Source: Octopus sinensis
Taxonomy: Eukaryota
Direction: 5' to 3'
Length of the DNA stretch: 64,000 nt
NCBI RefSeq assembly: GCF_006345805.1
Contig: NC_043025.1
Span: 1,426,001 to 1,490,000 of the forward strand
Shown here: positions 13,005 through 64,000 of the stretch, in pieces
Layout: each line of letters opens with the position of its first letter
Numbering within the stretch: the stretch's first letter is position 1
Notes under the pieces: model-generated
Seen by the model: the letters and a program-made list of their open reading frames with translations, nothing else
Database searches by the model: none
What the model was told of the DNA's origin: nothing
Position numbers and translations under genes: made by a program

Positions 13005-15497
13005 ATCACAGGTTTTGTTTGAACTCTCGGAGTCTTGCATGCATAGCGGGCTTTCTATCTGCAGCCTAGGCTACTATGCTATCCGTTCTTTTCAGCTAAT
13101 ACTTGTCTGATTATTCTGGCTGTGCCAAGGAGGCAAACCTTTTGTAACAGTTCTGATAGGCACTCTGTTACAATTTCCTCTATATTCCACTTGATACCTT
13201 CTGATACTGTTCCCAAGGACCTGGCAACAATTGGCACTATCTTCACCTTCTTCATTTACTATAGCCGGGCTATTTCGTACTTAAGAGGATTGTATTTATC
13301 TATTTTATCAGAAGGTACTGCACCGTCTATCAGTAAGCAAATGTTTTCCCCAATCCTTGATTATCATGTCTGGGTGATTAGCTGTCATTTCTTTGCTGGT
13401 TTGAACCGGCCTATTCCAGATGATTGTGGCCTGATCGTTGTCTTGTAGCTTCTTTGGCATATGCTTATACCACCTATTGTCAGTTTTAATGTAATTTTGG
13501 CATATTGTCTAATGGATATAACTGCTTACCTTATTGTGTCTGTATATCTATTCAGACTTGGCAAAGACTGGGCAGCACGTAACGATGTGCTCAACTGTCT
13601 TATTGTCTTGGTTGCACGTTGTGCATTTGGTGTTGGGGCCTATTTTCCTCATTTTGTTTTTATAATTGTTTGTAGTGAGAGATTGGTCTTGTGCAGCGCG
13701 AATCAATCCTTCCGTTTCAGCTTTTAGACCTGAGCTTTTGAGCCATTTTTGACTTTTACTGAGGCTCACTTCCTCTTGGTCAAGCCTTGCAAGATATTGG
13801 CAACGGAGTGATTTTCCCTTCATTTTTACTTTCAGTATCTTTAGTAATTCTATTTTCATAGGTTTCTTTTTTATCTCTTTGAATATTTCCGCCATAATAT
13901 CATCTGAAATCAATGTATCAGTGAACTTTGTTTGTATTTCATTCTCGTGTTGCATTACTACATGCAATAGTCTCCCACACTTTTATTGTAATTGTTCTAT
14001 CTGTATCAGGTCACAATCCCCTTCTAAGTGGGATAAATATATTCTGCTTGCGTCTGCTTTGGTGAGGTGACTTCGGTGCGCTGTTAGTAGTCTTCTTAAT
14101 TTTCTATCCAGGTTTCTCAATTTACTGATCTTCCTGTTTATTATGTTAAAGCTATAATTTGTGACTGGTATGACTAGCGTGTTTATCCCTATTATCCTAT
14201 TTTTTAGCATTAAGTTCAGTGTTTAATATTAGTTTAACTCTTCTGTAATACTCTCTCCTAAGTTTCTTTTATTTCTCTGTGTTGTATTTTAGCTGTTTCG
14301 TATATTCCCAGATATTTGTATAAGCGATCTTGGTCTAATTCTTGAATTTCTGTGTCTAAGTTGAGTGCAGAGTTTTCAGTACTGATTAATTTGCCTCTGT
14401 CGGTGTGAATCTGGCACATTTGTCCAGCCGCATGCTCATTTCTATGTCCTTACTGAAACTATGGACAATTTTGGTAAGGTTTCTCTGTTCCATAGTACTT
14501 TTAGAGAAAAGCTTTAGGTCACCCATGTACAGGAGATGTTTTATTTTTTGTCCATAGCATAGTGGGTTTGCTTAACAAGTCTGTTAGCGGGGGCGGAGAA
14601 AGGCAGAACTGCAGGGGTCTCACAGTGAGTCTCCCTGAAAAATCCCTCTTCTCACGGGGTAGGGTAAGTTTTCCGATTTGCCATTGCATGTTTAAAATAT
14701 TTTGGTAGTGGCGAGGCTATCTTATTCGTGTGGAGAAATTCCTGTATACATGAGTGTGGAATGCTGTCGAATGCTTTCTAGTAATCAATCCAAGTCATGT
14801 TCAAGTTTGTCTTTCTCCTCTTACAGTCCTCTGTAATGGCTCGGTTTCTCAGAGGTTGCTCCTTACAGCCATGCATTCCTATCCGATACATTTTTTTTAC
14901 TTCTGGTAAAACATTGTAGTTTTCCAGATGCTTTATAAGCCGGTTATGGATTACTGATGCTAGGGTTTTGTTTGATGTTGATAGGTATATTATTGGTCTA
15001 TAATTATGTGGCAGTGCGGTATCTTTATTTTTCCAGCATTCAGTTTGATGTTGATTCTGGCTCATCAATAAATTGAATGCTGTTGCTGCGTGGTTATGGG
15101 TACTGATGAGGTCTTTCAACTAGAAGTTGGGAATCTTCTTTATTCCTAAAGTTTTCCAGTTGCTGGCACTCCTCAGTTGTCCGTGATCTCTTGGCCTGTG
15201 ATTGTGGGACATATCTGTAGTTCTATTGTGTTCTTCCTACCCGTTTCCCTATTAATTCACTAAGTATTTTTGTTGTATTGTTTTGGTTTGTTCCATATTG
15301 CTTCCCAGTATAACTGAATCACTGATGTGTTGGCATGATGTCTATTGATATAGTCTTCTTTGTTTAACTCTCTGTAAAAACTTTTTGTGTTATTCTCAAT
15401 TCTCTATTTTGTTGGAAGAAGCGTTCCCGTTTTTCCTACCGTTTACGCGGCAAGTTTTTGCTGCTATGCCCTGTTTAATTTTTCTTTTACCTCTCAG
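13005..15497 (-). mobile_element. Older, more degenerate R4/Dong-type LINE
   Basis: NYRPIIYL, WIDY, ETEGLIRAAQDQ, CTTC...HIVTCC, LLGTARII; many stops. Confidence 0.85.
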
Positions 15498-16148
15498 GTA
15501 ACTTCATTATTTACCCCCTACCCTAAATTGCCGGCCTTGTGCCAAAATTTAAAACCATTATTGCTGTTGTTGTTTGAAAAACTGAAAAGATTTAAATTGA
15601 TATTTCGAAAAATGTATATAAATTCCCCCTTGTTAAATAAGCACATTACTATACATGTCTGTGCCGCAGAAACTTAACGAAGTACAACACTGTAATTTTT
15701 CAGTTTCTGCACTGGTCAACCTCTGACTTAAAAAATATTTGCCGCACAGAATAAACACAACCTTCTTAACACCAAAACCTCACATCTAAATGAGTTTTTC
15801 TCAGAGAGAGCGGCACAAAGTCCCTACTACCAAATTTCCGTCCCCAAAATGTCCCTAAATCACAATAAAATGGAATCGTTTTAAGTGAATAGAAATCTTC
15901 TCATTTAAAGATACTTTATTATTCAATATGTAAGCTAAAAGTTAATAGAAGCGTAATATATTTTCACTTTCCACTAGAAACCATTTCAAATTATTGATGT
16001 TATTAACAATTTGGAAGCAAAAAACCATGAATGTCATAACTTTTATACACCTGTTCGAATTTTCTAATCTTTGCTTCTTGTCAAATCTAACAGGAATTTC
16101 TCTGTTCGTCTGAAGCACATTCAGTTAGAGTTCTTTTTATAATTACAG

Positions 16149-63164
<47,016 letters not shown>

Positions 63165-63384
63165 GTGAAAATTGAAAAAGTGCCTTCAAAAATCGCCTTC
63201 GATAATATTTTACGTCATAAAATAATATTTTCTCCATATATGATATTAAATATAAATGTATAATATTAAATATAAATAAATACTCTTAAATATGAATATA
63301 TAATATTAAATATAAATATTAATATTAAATATAAATATATACTCTTAAGTATGAATATTAAATATGAATATATAATATTCTTTT

Positions 63385-63506
63385 CTCTAGGCACAAGGTC
63401 GGAAATGTTGGGGGTGGGGGCCAGTCGATTAGATTGACCCCAGTACGCAACTGGTACCTAATTCATCCATCCCGAAAGGATGAAAGCAAATTCGACCTCG
63501 ACGGAA
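63385..63506 (-). mobile_element. SINE family A 3' fragment
   Basis: Matches 16890-17010. Confidence 0.75.
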
Positions 63507-64000
63507 TATAAATATATAATATTAAATATAAATATTCAATATATTTGCTTGTTAAGAAACTATATTTGTACCTTTCGGTTCACCACTAGGCAACCGAGAG
63601 ACTGCATAATCCACAATAATATAATCTTAAATGTTTAGTTTTCTGCTTTTTTTATTACTCTATATCTGTATCCTGTGACCCGTCGTAACATTTCTATTTA
63701 GCCTATTGCTTGAAACACAGGAAAACAGAAAATGTTGTTTTGATTTGAAACTGTGTTGATATTCTTTCTTATTGCCACTTTAATTTTAACAATGTAAACC
63801 TTAAAATTGTTGAATAAAGGATTAAATCTGACTTATTGCTTGCTTTTGTTTTTTTAGATGAAATAATGTAATACTGTAGTCTAAGTTCAAATACGGCCTG
63901 GAGGGGCAGTGATTTCATCTCTTATTTTAAACATGCCACTAAAAAGTTGAAAACCTGCAAGATATATCCAACTGATAAGATTTATAATCGTTTATCTAAT

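Overview
Eukaryotic, AT-rich and microsatellite-dense DNA. The two tRNA-derived SINE families and the repeat landscape suggest an octopus or other coleoid cephalopod (inference). The main feature is a + strand adhesion GPCR gene that the ORF track largely misses. I assembled it by hand from 19 AG/GT-flanked exons (16149-63164, about 900 codons). All splice phases match except for one exon that carries apparent single-base indels. Its predicted order is LRRCT cap, Ly6/uPAR (three-finger) domain, SEA-like region, hormone-binding (HRM) domain, GAIN/GPS (HL|TSFAVLM), 7TM, and an ETNF* PDZ-ligand-like end. No start or signal-peptide exon was found. One RING-finger exon of a separate gene lies at 2574-2716, left of a 100-N scaffold gap (7090-7189). 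Most remaining sequence is transposons: four R4/Dong-type LINEs, CR1-like LINEs, an RTE fragment, Penelope-like elements, two Gypsy relics, Tc1 and maT transposons, MITEs and SINEs. One 2.3-kb retroelement encodes only an ORF1-like protein (HAL1-like) and sits inside a SINE head with a 7-bp target-site duplication.
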